A stretch of DNA of 63,985 bases, the filler included, from Octopus bimaculoides (taxonomy: Eukaryota), in the NCBI RefSeq assembly GCF_001194135.2. It is 6 parts of 6 records of this genome, joined end to end, with 100 filler letters (N's around TTAATTAATTAA, not from the genome) between each part and the next. Parts side by side here need not be neighbours in the genome. Positions count along the whole stretch, not along the records: positions 1 to 28,749 come from NC_068981.1; 5 more parts are not named here. The stretch is one strand, 5' to 3'. Below the pieces are notes generated by a model. That model ran no database searches and had not been told where the DNA came from. It was given only the letters and a program-made list of their open reading frames with translations. Position numbers and translations under genes: made by a program. Below are positions 12,585 through 26,355 of the stretch, in pieces. Numbering within the stretch: the stretch's first letter is position 1; every line of letters starts with the position of its first letter.

Positions 12585-13005
12585 CAAATTCACGCACCAG
12601 ACGTACACCAAATGTATCCTACATAGCACATATATTCAGTGTTGAATTATTCCGAATATGCACGTACACCCAGAAGTAATTTGAAAACCCCGCCTTTTAC
12701 ATGGATATATAAGTGTGAACATTTTTATGTGCTATGTTGGATAGATTTGGTGTTCATCTGGTATGTGAATTTTGTTCAATTTTTTTTTTTGTGTGTTCTG
12801 ATTATGCCTGCACTGACGATTAGAAAGTGGATTATGTACATTAACTATGAAATCATATGATTTGCGGCTGAATATCTTTTTAAGAGACGACTTCCTAGTT
12901 GCATTCCCTCGCTGTCGGTACACTGAATATTTATTAAGGTAGTTTTGATTTTAAGAGTACCTTATAGCGTGAGGCATTTACGTGTAGTGATGCTTTTAAT
13001 ATAAT
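12585..13005. mobile_element. Long-inverted-repeat (foldback/MITE-like) element, copy 1
   Basis: 12585-12635 is the inverted repeat of 12721-12775 around a ~85-bp core. The reverse complement of 12636-13005 aligns with 46207-46566. Confidence 0.75.
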
Positions 13006-13427
13006 AAATGTATTTAAAAGGGAATATATTAATTATATATTTTGTATAAATTTTTCCCTTAACTCATTTTTCACGCTGACAACTTGATAAATTCTTATAT
13101 AGATCTTATCCTTATATTTGATATATATATATATATATATATATATTGGCTAAACTGGCAATATGACCATCCCCAAGTACAACAACATCTGTTTTAACAC
13201 ACGATTTCACATTAAAAATCTTGCAAAACAAATATATATATATATATATTACTTATTATTTATTATTTAATCGAAATCGATGCATCCATTTCCAAATAAG
13301 TTTATCTTCACCTTTTTTATGCCACTCTCTACTCTATACTGTTTTATTCCTCCATACTCCTCTAATTTCCTTTTTCTCCCTCTTTCTCCTTCACCGTTTT
13401 CCCTATCTCTCACCCTCTTTCTCTTTA

Positions 13428-13458
<31 letters not shown>

Positions 13459-14167
13459 TCTTTCTCTCTCTCTCTCACTCTCTCTTTCTCTCTCATTGCT
13501 CAAACGTGACCATCGTCCATCCTTCTTTTCCTCACGTGACCATCTTTCTTTTCCTGCACAGATGTTTTAACGAACGGATGTGTTTTTCTCTCCCTCTCTT
13601 CTATCTTTTTTCTTTTTAAAAGAAAAAAGTTTCTTCCAGCGTTCACTATTTCCCTCTCGTTCTAGTCTAACGACCCTCCTTGCTTGTTTTCGTTTGGTTT
13701 CCTTGTATGTCTCTGTGTTTCCTTGTAGTTTTCTGTGTTGACTTGTCCTGTTTCCCATTTCTTTCTCGTTGTTTACGATAAATCGATAGATTACTGAGGT
13801 GACTTTGTGAAGTAACATATATCCCAACTACCCCAATCTCTCCGTTCATTATGTTCAGGTCAGATCTCCTAATGTATTGGACAGACCACAGAGCCATGAA
13901 GTCGACATACATGCGGCTTTTCCGGGGTGACATATATTATCATTAAATAGCTCAAGTCCCTTTATTCTTTTGTCAACCCCTTCCATCCGCGTTTGTATTT
14001 ACTTCTTCCATTTCCAGCACTTCTGTCAACTTCCTTGTCACCTTGTTACCGATCGCTCCGTTTCTAATCGCTTTTTCAAATATACACACTTCACACTTAA
14101 GAAAACGCAATTTGCCATGCTAACCTACCACAATTCAAAAACCTATTTCTCCCTCTTTTTCTCTACC

Positions 14168-14217
<50 letters not shown>

Positions 14218-14290
14218 GATACATTTACAACTGGCATATAAACAATTATAAATTAACACACATCTATCTTTGTCATACATTATACATTAT

Positions 14291-14673
14291 TGCTGGCACT
14301 CCATCGGTTACTACGACGAGGGTTCCAGTTGATCCGATCAACGGAACAGCCTACTCGTGAAATTAACGTGCAAGTGGCTGAGCACTCCACAGACACGTGT
14401 ACCCTTAACGTAGTTCTCGGAGATATTCAGCGTGACACAGAGTGTGACAAGGCTGGCCCTTTGAAATACAGGTACAACAGAAATAGGAAGAAAGAATGAG
14501 AGGAAGTTGTGGTGAAAGAGTACAGTAGGGTTCGCCACCATCCCCTGCCGGAGCCTCGTGGAGCTTTAGGTGTTTTCGCTCAATAAACACTCACAACGCC
14601 CGGTCTGGGAATCGAAACCGCGATCCTACGACCACGAGTCCGCTGCCTTAACCACTGGGCCATTGCGCCTCCA
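14291..14673 (-). mobile_element. tRNA-derived SINE, family D, full length
   Basis: Reverse complement starts GGAGGCGCAATGGCCCAGTGGTTAAGGCAGCGGACTCG (A box) with GGTTTCGATTCCC (B box), and ends GGAACCCTCGTCGTAGTAACCGATGGAGTGCCA. CpG-rich, apparently young. Confidence 0.9.
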
Positions 14674-15227
14674 CATTGTACATTAACACCATCACCATTC
14701 AACAAACATAACACGTTCTTGTATATCTACTGTTGATACATGTACACATACACACGCGCTAAATACACATCAAACACATTCACGTATACATCAACCTGCT
14801 TTACATACTATAAAATCACACAGATACTCGTACATGCTCAAAAGCGACCATATGCACATATATACAAAAATCTATATTGACACAAGTATCCCCCCACATA
14901 CATACACAAACATGCTAAATGCAAACACGCCAAACACATACATACAACCATACACCTATTTTTTATAACACAACTTAAACACAAGAACCATCACAATTAA
15001 AAGGAAACATAACCACAGCGACACAGACGGACTCGATTTTGTCTATACCCAATTATGTTCTCGATTACCAACTCAGGATCTCTTGAATTATCATTTTGGA
15101 ATTTTTTCGGATTATCATCTTCGATTACACATGATCTTTTTATTGCATTACATATATATTACGTGTATGTGTGTGTGTGAGTGTGCATACATACTTATGC
15201 ACGCACGCGCGCGCACACATTGAGTTG

Positions 15228-15745
15228 TGAGGTTGTCTGATAAATTCGTTCGTTTTCTTTTTTTCATTTATTTTAGATCCTTGTTTTTCATCACGATTTT
15301 AACAAATCGGTCAATAATATATTCTTCTTCACTGTTCACGACTTTTTACCAATGTTCCACGATCTTATCATTGTTTTGATGGTAGAAATCACCGAATAAT
15401 TCATCGAGCCACGTTCTCAACTCCTCATTGTTGTTGAACGAAAGGTCTCCCGTAGCCTGTTGGAGAGCGACTGAAGGTGCTATATCAGAAGAATAGAGTG
15501 GGTGCAGAATACTTGAATAGCATTTTCGGTCCAATTAGCGACATAGGGGAGAGCACTGTAGTGTTGAAGAAGCACGCCGTGACACCAGTCGGGTGGTTTT
15601 GCATTCTACTCATCGGATGAAGTGGCGGTCGACAGTATAATGAGTGTATCTCCTTTACTAGGCCAATTCCCAAGTAGACTGATACGAATTCTCATGGATG
15701 AGTTGTTCGTTCAATTGATCCTCATTGAGCTGAACAGATCAGATG
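15228..15745 (-). mobile_element. Internally deleted mariner with right TIR
   Basis: Minus-strand pieces VQLNEDQLNE..HENSYQSTWELA, HGVLLQHYSALP (QHDNARP variant), LHPLYSSDIAPS (YSPDLAPSD variant), FNNNEELRTWLDELF..FYHQ..DKIVEHW. TIR-like GAGGTTGTCTGATAAATTCG at 15229. Confidence 0.85.
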
Positions 15746-16066
15746 GGACACAGAGAGTCTATGAAGTCGAATTTCCTTTCCTTGAATTGTAAAAAACGAT
15801 TTCTGTGCAGACCTTCTCTGTACACAGCACAAATATCTGGAGCAGGTTCAAGCAAAGAGAAGTAAGTGTCGAGATTGTTTTTTTGCTTTTTTCTTTCATC
15901 TTTTGTTTTTGTTTTTGGTTTTGAACTTGCTACTCCATCGTCGTATGACTGAAGAGGTGTCAAATTTATTAAAATTTCAAAAACGATCAACGAAAGTTGT
16001 AGAGAAAGATCAAAATTACAAAAAAGCCACGAAACACTTAAATAAAACAAATTCATCTGAAAACAT

Positions 16067-16112
<46 letters not shown>

Positions 16113-16825
16113 GCACATACATACATACATTACACACACACACACACACACACANNNNNNNNNNNNNNNNNNNNNNNNNNNNNNNNNNNNNNNNNNNNNN
16201 NNNNNNNNNNNNNNNNNNNNNNNNNNNNNNNNNNNNNNNNNNNNNNNNNNNNNNNNNNNNNNNNNNNNNNNNNNNNNNNNNNNNNNNNNNNNNNNNNNNN
16301 NNNNNNNNNNNNNNNNNNNNNNNNNNNNNNNNNNNNNNNNNNNNNNNNNNNNNNNNNNNNNNNNNNNNNNNNNNNNNNNNNNNNNNNNNNNNNNNNNNNN
16401 NNNNNNNNNNNNNNNNNNNNNNNNNNNNNNNNNNNNNNNNNNNNNNNNNNNNNNNNNNNNNNNNNNNNNNNNNNNNNNNNNNNNNNNNNNNNNNNNNNNN
16501 NNNNNNNNNNNNNNNNNNNNNNNNNNNNNNNNNNNNNNNNNNNNNNNNNNNNNNNNNNNNNNNNNNNNNNNNNNNNNNNNNNNNNNNNNNNNNNNNNNNN
16601 NNNNNNNNNNNNNNNNNNNNNNNNNNNNNNNNNNNNNNNNNNNNNNNNNNNNNNNNNNNNNNNNNNNNNNNNNNNNNNNNNNNNNNNNNNNNNNNNNNNN
16701 NNNNNNNNNNNNNNNNNNNNNNNNNNNNNNNNNNNNNNATACGGTATAAAAGATACGTATTTTATTAAGGACTAGTGTGATTTTATTAAGCTCGTGCCTT
16801 TTCCCATGGATGTTATGACAACTAA

Positions 16826-17011
16826 TAATAATCCTTTCTACTATAGGCATAAGGCCTGAAATTTGGGAAATCGATCCCAGTGTTCCACAAGTACTTATTT
16901 CATCGATCCCGAAAGAATTAAAGACAAAGTCGACCTCACTGAAAATTGAACTCAGAATGCCGCTAAAGATTTTGCCCAGCGTCCTAACGATTCTACCATC
17001 TCGCCACCTTT
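16826..17011 (-). mobile_element. SINE family A, degenerate
   Basis: AAGGCCTGAAATTT..GATCCCAGTG..GTACTTATTT.ATCGATCCCGAAAG..AAAGTCGACCTC..TTGAACTCAGAA..AACGATTCT.CCA.CTCGCC. Confidence 0.8.
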
Positions 17012-18504
17012 ATGACGAATTAAATAATTCCTTTGACTTAACTCAAGTAAGAGATGCTAAATTAAATGGGAAGTTAAACTTTCCCAGTGATATTAATGAT
17101 AAAGTAAATTATTTTTGAACTAGATAGACAAGAAATATGAAATGCTACCAAAGCAACAAACACCATAGCAACTTGACGAACTGAAACTCGAGATAAACAA
17201 TTGGATGTTACCTGATTTAGACACTTCTGAATTAATAAGGGAGCCTCTAAATGGTTGCCATGCCTGCTCTTGGCTGAAGCCAAATCTCATTCAAGTTACA
17301 CCCAACTGTCTTTAGTAAGCATTAAAAACGTAGTCCTCGTTACTCGCAAACAGACTTAATCGTTACAGCTGGAAATTGTTTGATCAACGTTCCTTTCAAT
17401 TAGGCCTGAACAGAGGGTCAGCAGCATTTTTATTTTCTTTTGCAAGATAGGAGATATATTATCAACCCCAGTATGCAACCATTTATTATTGTATCGACAA
17501 CTGCGATATCTGTACATCGAGCACCAATGCTTTAACCTACTCACAACATGTAGATATATACTACCAATTTTTTACTTGGCAAAAGACAGTCTATTTCGAG
17601 AAAGAGTATATATAATTGTAATTTTCATACCTTTCCCATTAGAATTGTCGACAAAGCATAAAGGGAAAAGACTGATGGCAATCTCATAAAACATGGAAAA
17701 TATCTTTTGCTCTTAAGCACTCACTTGCTTCCAAAAGGAACACCATTGAGATCGATATCAATATTCAAAATAACAAAATAAAAAAGACAAAATTCAGACT
17801 GTAAAAAAATCACTCAAAGCGTATATAGAAAAATATTGATTTTATTTGAAAATAAATTATTTACAAGGTTTAACGTGATTTAATTTATATTTACATTTTT
17901 CAAATAAATACCCATTTACTCCTCAATCATTAAATAGCGCACAACTGAGATAGATATGAGAGTGAAGAACTGAGATATGAGAATACAATGCGAATAAATA
18001 CTAAATGTAATACAGTTTATATTTATTCGAACTGCGCGCTGAAATGTTTTTACATAACTATCATTTACTTATAAATATTGACTAGAAAATAAAACTTAAA
18101 AATTTTTTTTACATACAAATTTCGAATGTGCTTGTTTGGTTTGAACTTTTAAATTAATATAAATATTTGTGCATATCTGTGTGTTCGTTCGTTTGTTTGA
18201 GCATGTGTGTGAGAGGATATGTACGTTAAGAATGAATGTGAAATGAAAATAGTAAAAAAATGCTAGTTAAAAAAAAAGTGAAAAATAATTTAGGGTAATT
18301 TTCTCAAAAGCTCGTTGACAAATGAATAATAATGCATAGAAGTTCTTTGATTCAAATCGGATGTGAACAAGTCAATAATGAGCATAAGCTTAGGATAAAC
18401 ATTATAACTGACAAGACACATTCACCGATGATAGCGAAAGGAGGGTAATATACATACATACATACATACATACATACATACATACATACATACATACATA
18501 CATT

Positions 18505-18591
<87 letters not shown>

Positions 18592-18632
18592 CATATACAT
18601 ATATATACACACACACATATATTAATATAAAC

Positions 18633-19196
18633 TTCTATGTGCAATGTAATACCATAAAGGAAAAATATGATTGTCACTGAAGGCGACTAATGGTGTCAAG
18701 ACACCTACATTGCTAGAAATAAGAGAATTCCTTAAACGAAAAATCCAGTTTCGGCTATTTCTGTAGCCTTCATGAGTAAGGACCACTCGCTCAGCAGATT
18801 GTGGGCCAATCCTCCTGTCAGCATATATGTATTTACCTTAAAAATTTATGGGTGATTTAGAGGATCGCTAATGTGTATAAAAAAATTATTCTAAAAAGCT
18901 ATGTGCAATGTAATATCACAAAGGAAAAATATAATCGTCACTGAAAGCGACTAAGGGTGTCAAGACATCTACATTGCTAGAAATGTGAGCTAAACTGCTC
19001 TAATGCTGTAGAAAAAGCACATAAACGAATACTTATACGCTCACTGGAGCTACAATCTCCCAAAACACCGACTCGAGAATCCCTTAGACTGAACGTCCAG
19101 TTTCGGCTATTTCCATAGCCTTCATCAGTAAGGACCGCTCGTTCGGCAGATTCTGAGTCAATTCTCCTGTCACCATATATACATTTACCTTTAAAA
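18633..19196. repeat. Degenerate tandem duplication of an unclassified repeat (units ~18633-18845 and ~18899-19196)
   Basis: CTATGTGCAATGTAAT..AAAGGAAAAATAT.AT.GTCACTGAA.GCGACTAA.GGTGTCAAGACA.CTACATTGCTAGAAAT and TCCAGTTTCGGCTATTTC..TAGCCTTCAT.AGTAAGGACC each occur twice. Unit 2 carries ~90 extra bp. Confidence 0.9.
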
Positions 19197-19243
19197 TGTA
19201 TGTATATAAATATATGTATATTGATGTAATTTCTTCTGAAGTG

Positions 19244-19281
<38 letters not shown>

Positions 19282-19839
19282 NNNNNNNNNNNNNNNNNNN
19301 NNNNNNNNNNNNNNNNNNNNNNNNNNNNNNNNNNNNNNNNNNNNNNNNNNNNNNNNNNNNNNNNNNNNNNNNNNNNNNNNNNNNNNNNNNNNNNNNNNNN
19401 NNNNNNNNNNNNNNNNNNNNNNNNNNNNNNNNNNNNNNNNNNNNNNNNNNNNNNNNNNNNNNNNNNNNNNNNNNNNNNNNNNNNNATATATATATATATA
19501 TATAAGAAATAAGAAAGGAGAATGCCACAATAAATATGATATATAATAAATACTCATGCAGTGTTAGCACAATAAATGCCTCTTTTTACAAAATAATGCT
19601 CACAAAATCTACCGAACAACAATACTAGTACGAACGTAAATATTAATGGCGGAAACAACGACTTTACTTATGAGGTTACCGAACTAAAGGAAAATCAAAT
19701 TAATACCGCAAGATAATTTGTTTGTTAATTTGAATATAAACTAATTCTAAAAGAAAGTACACTCAACTTTGAAAGTCTTTATGACGATATTATAAATGCG
19801 GTTTAAATATTGGCGTATTTAAAAGGGTTAAGTTGAAGG

Positions 19840-19998
19840 TTGTCATATCGACCCAAGAGCTCAACTGATAGTTTATTTTATTGATCCTGAAAGGTAAAGT
19901 TGATCTTGGAGGAATTCGAACTCAGAAAGTAAAGATTCGGAAGAGATGTTACTAAGCATTTAGCCCGACGCTCTGTCGATTCTCCAAATTTACCGACT
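19840..19998 (-). mobile_element. SINE family A, degenerate
   Basis: TCGACCC..GCTCAACTG..TTTATTGATCC.GAAAGG..GAATT.GAACTCAGAA.GTAAAGA..CTAAGCATTT.GCCCG. Confidence 0.75.
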
Positions 19999-20739
19999 TG
20001 GACAAAATTATAAATATGGAACGTATTGATTTCAATCAGTGCACCAAAGACTGTGGTGCGCCATGGAATGTATATTTCCAGTTGTGTAATGCAGATATAC
20101 GCTTATACCAACTACTTTCTGATTTTGATCTTTATAGGTGAAACATATTTAAATCAGATTTCATATATGTGAATTCTTCGCAAAATAAAATACCAATAGC
20201 TGCACGAAATGTACATGATGAAATTAAAATTGTTCATGCGTAGACTCAGCAGTCTGAGTTTTCGTTTCAAATCTGAATAATAGAAAGAAAGTGTAAACTT
20301 TAGTATAATTATTATATAATTATTTAACTTCGATGAAAAGAATAAAGAAATTAAACATTACAGTCACAGAAAAGGATTAAACTATCAAGTGATAAGCGGA
20401 TACTTAACTGTTTGTACATTAAATTTAGCATAAAATTATACCAAAATATAAAGCTTTAAACCCATATAGAGGAAAATTAATAAATTGTATTTTTTATGAC
20501 TTGGTCAGAGTTATTAATGATGAATATGAAACGGTTTCAGTTGGAAATTGTAGTTGAATAACGAACAGCATTCATTGAGAACCTCCTCCTATTTCACAAA
20601 ACAACACAGGCTTTAGTTCATATAATTATATTCATGTGGAATTTAGATTTTGTGGTAGGTCATGTCTTATCCAAAGGTTACAACAACTACGTTGAAAGAA
20701 AAATGTTTCCAAAATGGAATCGGAACCGAATGGCAGCTG

Positions 20740-21040
20740 AACTGGCTCACCGATATCTTGACTGTCAAGAAGGTACTAGTTTTTTTTTTGTTTTTCATTT
20801 TTTGAATAATGTTCCGCTTTCTTCACATGTCTCTCCTCCTCCTATCATCCTTTTTATATTAAAACCCACAAGCTCTGCAAAAAAAAAAAAAAATTCCCAG
20901 ACCTTGTCATTCTTTCACAGAATGTCGGCCCTCTGGAATGCCTTCCCTGTTCATATCTTTCCTCTAAGTATTGATTTGCAATGTTTCAAGAGGAACAGTA
21001 ATAGTATTGGTTTCCCCGATACAAGCGGGCATGCAAGAAC
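20740..21040 (+). mobile_element. Extreme C-terminus of a Jockey/CR1-type LINE ORF2, degenerate
   Basis: HRYLDCQE..SFFHRMSALWNAFPVHIFPLSIDLQCFKRNSN matches the LINE terminal motif SFFxRTxxLWNSLPxxVFPxxxxLxxFK. Confidence 0.65.
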
Positions 21041-22571
21041 CATGGTCACAATCCTGTCCCTCATACATAACAAGTAAAGTATAAAGTGCTGAGCACTGCC
21101 TTCCAGGATTTAGTTGATAATATTCATCCCAATACTTGTTTCAGTGTTTCAGTGTGGTACTAAATTTATCAATCTCTAATTATCAAACCGCTATGTTATT
21201 GGCAATAACAAATACAGCACCAACAGTGGTACAAACACTGACAAATGCATAGGCATATTATATTATATTATATTATAATTATATTATATTATATTATACT
21301 CTATGGAGCATAACCAGAACATGTTCCCTTCTGGATGATATTACTTAAACAATGTATTATCTGAAGTACATTAAAAAGCGTAATTCAAGATAGTGGTGCT
21401 GCAAATAATATTTCACTAATACTTAAAAACTCTGTGATCGATATTGATTGTATCAGCTGTCGTCTGGGTAACTAAACCTTCGTCCTTCACTATTTAGCTA
21501 TCTCCCTCATTTTGACCGATTACAGGATTTAGTTTTGTACAGACGTTGGTAGGTGAGTCTACATATTCTACAAGAGTATTTTATACTGATTCTATAAGTC
21601 TGCAATATATCTCTTGCGGGATTCAAGATAGGTAACAAATTAAAACTTCCAATCACAACTATGTCTAGGTTATCTTATGTGACACGGCATTCATTCATAG
21701 TTAGGCTTATCATAATTTCTTAGGCTCATACCGAGACAACATTTAAATTATAGGCATGGCCTGTTTTAAGCCAATTAGATTTGTTCAAATTAAGCCCTGC
21801 GCCAAGAGAAAGCCCCGCGCACTTTCTCGAGCGGAGGACGCTACGAATATTTAGTATATCATTGTGGCTAATGGTGGAGCTTGAAGCCCTCATCGCTTTT
21901 TGGTTAAGATTCGCGTACTATACGAAGCATAAAACATCAATCTTCAGCTTTTGTAGAATAGAAGGTTCTCCTAACAATTCTCTAATTGGGCTCCGCACTT
22001 CCTAGCACCGGACCTGGTTATAGGTACCAAGCACGAATACCCTTAAAACTATAAATATCATAAGTATAGGTATATGAATAACTGTTATAGTCTAATTTCC
22101 CTTGTGTGCACCATTTTCTATCCTATGATAAGTTTCTAATCTTCGAGCGGTTACAGCGTTAGAGCACGTTAAGATACCAATTCATTGTTTATAAGAAATA
22201 AAGTAGAAAAACCATTAAATTTTATTAATTATATAACATACTCTTAATCCTTGGAATAACTCATTTTTAATCTCGCAACCCATGGATGAGCAAAATGTCT
22301 TTAAACTACAATACCTATCTACTTGAGACTTGAGAGTGCTATTATGATGTGACTACAACAAACACTCGCTAGAGCTATGGGAAATATACGCAGCACTAGT
22401 TTTTCGTTCTTTGTTAGTTCATATCTGAATAGTGCACAATAAGGTTAGGAACCTTTGTGGGTGTTAATATTTTTCGTTTTTCCGTCTTAGAATTTAATCG
22501 CTTGATATAATAACTGAGACCGAAGACTCTTCAAAGCGGGACATATGCTAAGTCGAATGCGCGCGCGTGCA

Positions 22572-22622
<51 letters not shown>

Positions 22623-23220
22623 NNNNNNNNNNNNNNNNNNNNNNNNNNNNNNNNNNNNNNNNNNNNNNNNNNNNNNNNNNNNNNNNNNNNNNNNNNNNNN
22701 NNNNNNNNNNNNNNNNNNNNNNNNNNNNNNNNNNNNNNNNNNNNNNNNNNNNNNNNNNNNNNNNNNNNNNNNNNNNNNNNNNNNNNNNNNNNNNNNNNNN
22801 NNNNNNNNNNNNNNNNNNNNNNNNNNNNNNNNNNNNNNNNNNNNNNNNNNNNNNNNNNNNNNNNNNNNNNNNNNNNNNNNNNNNNNNNNNNNNNNNNNNN
22901 NNNNNNNNNNNNNNNNNNNNNNNNNNNNNNNNNNNNNNNNNNNNNNNNNNNNNNNNNNNNNNNNNNNNNNNNNNNNNNNNNNNNNNNNNNNNNNNNNNNN
23001 NNNNNNNNNNNNNNNNNNNNNNNNNNNNNNNNNNNNNNNNNNNNNNNNNNNNNNNNNNNNNNNNNNNNNNNNNNNNNNNNNNNNNNNNNNNNNNNNNNNN
23101 NNNNNNNNNNNNNNNNNNNNNNNNNNNNNNNNNNNNNNNNNNNNNNNNNNNNNNNNNNNNNNNNNNNNNNNNNNNNNNNNNNNNNNNNNNNNNNNNNNNN
23201 NNNNNNNNNNNNNNNNNNNN

Positions 23221-23332
23221 AGAAGAAGAAGAAGAAGAAGAAGAAGAAGAAGAAGAAGAAGAAGAAGAAGAAGAAGAAGAAGAAGAAGAAGAAGAAGAAG
23301 AAGAAGAAGAAGAAGAAGAAGAAGAAGAAGAA
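23221..23332 (+). repeat. (AAG)n microsatellite, at least 37 units, gap-adjacent
   Basis: Seen directly in the sequence. Confidence 0.98.
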
Positions 23333-23921
23333 AGGAAACGAACAAAAACGTCCACTTGGTATACATCATGTAGGTCATTAGTAATACCTGTTGTAAAGTA
23401 AAATAACTCATACATCTTTAAAAGAGACCCACTTCTATTTATTTTATATCTATTCTCTTCCACCAACGCTTTGCTATTATTATCTTTTGTTCCGAGTTGT
23501 TAAGAGCGATGTCGCTCGTCCTCTGTTCTCACAACAGTTGCTTATTGCATCATTTACTGCTTGCCAGGGAGGTGAGTTAAGTAAAAAGAAAAAAAAAACA
23601 AAAGAAAAAAAGCGGGGCATTGGTAAAGACGATGTCACAGGCGGTGCGTGTGGGGATGGGGGGGAAGTGTCGTAGGGAGGGGGCTCGAGAGCAGCAGTTG
23701 CGAGCTTTGGTACAGACAGAAAAAAAAGTGATTCACATACAACACACAACACACATAATCTAAAAAAAATATACACACGCACGCACACAATACTTATGTA
23801 TCTATAATACATATACATATGTATGTATATATATATATTTGTATACATGTGGTGTGCATGTATATATTTGTATATATGTAGTATGTATGTATATGTATAA
23901 ATATATGTGTATGTATGCATG

Positions 23922-23974
<53 letters not shown>

Positions 23975-23991
23975 ATATATCTATCTATCTA

Positions 23992-24051
<60 letters not shown>

Positions 24052-25224
24052 TAGACACACACATATATGTATATATGCATGCATATACTATATATGGATT
24101 TCTATGTAATACATGTACATGCATACGTATACATATATACATGCAAATATTGACACACGCACGCACGTATATATGTATATGTGAATATATATATACATAC
24201 ATATATACACATACATACGTATATATATATATATATATATATACATATACACACACACACACATATATATAAATATACACACACACACATATATATATAT
24301 GTATATATATATATTTATATATATATATANNNNNNNNNNNNNNNNNNNNNNNNNNNNNNNNNNNNNNNNNNNNNNNNNNNNNNNNNNNNNNNNNNNNNNN
24401 NNNNNNNNNNNNNNNNNNNNNNNNNNNNNNNNNNNNNNNNNNNNNNNNNNNNNNNNNNNNNNNNNNNNNNNNNNNNNNNNNNNNNNNNNNNNNNNNNNNN
24501 NNNNNNNNNNNNNNNNNNNNNNNNNNNNNNNNNNNNNNNNNNNNNNNNNNNNNNNNNNNNNNNNNNNNNNNNNNNNNNNNNNNNNNNNNNNNNNNNNNNN
24601 NNNNNNNNNNNNNNNNNNNNNNNNNNNNNNNNNNNNNNNNNNNNNNNNNNNNNNNNNNNNNNNNNNNNNNNNNNNNNNNNNNNNNNNNNNNNNNNNNNNN
24701 NNNNNNNNNNNNNNNNNNNNNNNNNNNNNNNNNNNNNNNNNNNNNNNNNNNNNNNNNNNNNNNNNNNNNNNNNNNNNNNNNNNNNNNNNNNNNNNNNNNN
24801 NNNNNNNNNNNNNNNNNNNNNNNNNNNNNNNNNNNNNNNNNNNNNNNNNNNNNNNNNNNNNNNNNNNNNNNNNNNNNNNNNNNNNNNNNNNNNNNNNNNN
24901 NNNNNNNNNNNNNNNNNNNNNNNNNNNNNNNNNNNNNNNNNNNNNNNNNNNNNNNNNNNNNNNNNNNNNNNNNNNNNNNNNNNNNNNNNNNNNNNNNNNN
25001 NNNNNNNNNNNNNNNNNNNNNNNNNNNNNNNNNNNNNNNNNNNNNNNNNNNNNNNNNNNNNNNNNNNNNNNNNNNNNNNNNNNNNNNNNNNNNNNNNNNN
25101 NNNNNNNNNNNNNNNNNNNNNNNNNNNNNNNNNNNNNNNNNNNNNNNNNNNNNNNNNNNNNNNNNNNNNNNNNNNNNNNNNNNNNNNNNNNNNNNNNNNN
25201 NNNNNNNNNNNNNNNNNNNNNNNN

Positions 25225-25259
<35 letters not shown>

Positions 25260-25299
25260 AACACACACACACACATACATTTGCATACACTTAACTGTG

Positions 25300-25712
25300 A
25301 ATGAGGCGCGGATTGGAAACTCGTGGTGTCAGGTTCAGTCTTACTGCGTGGCACCTTAGGGAAGTGTCTTGTACTATGGAATCGGAACGCCCAGTATATT
25401 GTGAATGGATTCAGACAGTGGATATCTGTGTGCAAACCCGTGGTGTATGTATATATATAAATATATATATATATATATAACACAGCGTGTGTGTGCGCGT
25501 GTATCAGTAGTTTCTGCTAGTGTTTATTTGGACCTACAGTTTGATTGCTGGTGTTGGTTTCTTTACGTTGGTGTAACTTAGCCGTTCGACAAAAGGGACG
25601 ATAGAAAAAGTGCTAGACTTTCAAAAATAAGTACTTGGGTCGATTTGTTCAACTAAACTCATCAAGGCAGTACCCCACAATGGACGCAGTCCAATGACAG
25701 AAGCGAGTAAAA
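25300..25712 (+). mobile_element. SINE family B with internal (TA)n
   Basis: GGTTCAGTCTTACTGCGTGGCACCTTAGGGAAGTGTCTT head. Tail GTAACTTAGCCGTTCGACAAAAG..AATAAGTACTTGGGTCGATTTG..GCAGTCCAATGACAGAAGCGAGTAAAAG. Confidence 0.85.
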
Positions 25713-25755
25713 GATGCTTATATACACACTATATAAACATACTCATATATATCTG

Positions 25756-25789
<34 letters not shown>

Positions 25790-25886
25790 CGTGTGTGTGC
25801 GTATGCATTGTGTGTGTGTGTATACATATACACACACACATCCTTATATGTTTATATTTATATATATATGTAAATAAATATGTACG

Positions 25887-25922
<36 letters not shown>

Positions 25923-26355
25923 TCACATATGCCCACATACATACATAAAGACACACCTACATACGCACGTGTATACAAACGGTTGCACACACACACACAA
26001 CACACACACATACACAAACACACACATATTTAGTAGACCGCAAACTCGACACGTTATATTCTCTGTAACCTACAACTTTCAACTTACCNNNNNNNNNNNN
26101 NNNNNNNNNNNNNNNNNNNNNNNNNNNNNNNNNNNNNNNNNNNNNNNNNNNNNNNNNNNNNNNNNNNNNNNNNNNNNGCTAAGAAAGAAAGAAAGAAAGA
26201 AAGAAAGACAATATAGTATAGGTAGAATGGAAAGGAAAAGAACAGTAATCAGAAAGGTATCGAAATTAAGGGAGAGAAGAGAAAAAAAAGAAAAGCAAAA
26301 GAAAAGAACAAAAAGAAAAGTAAAGAAAAAGTTTTCTACTTACTTAATGAAAGAT

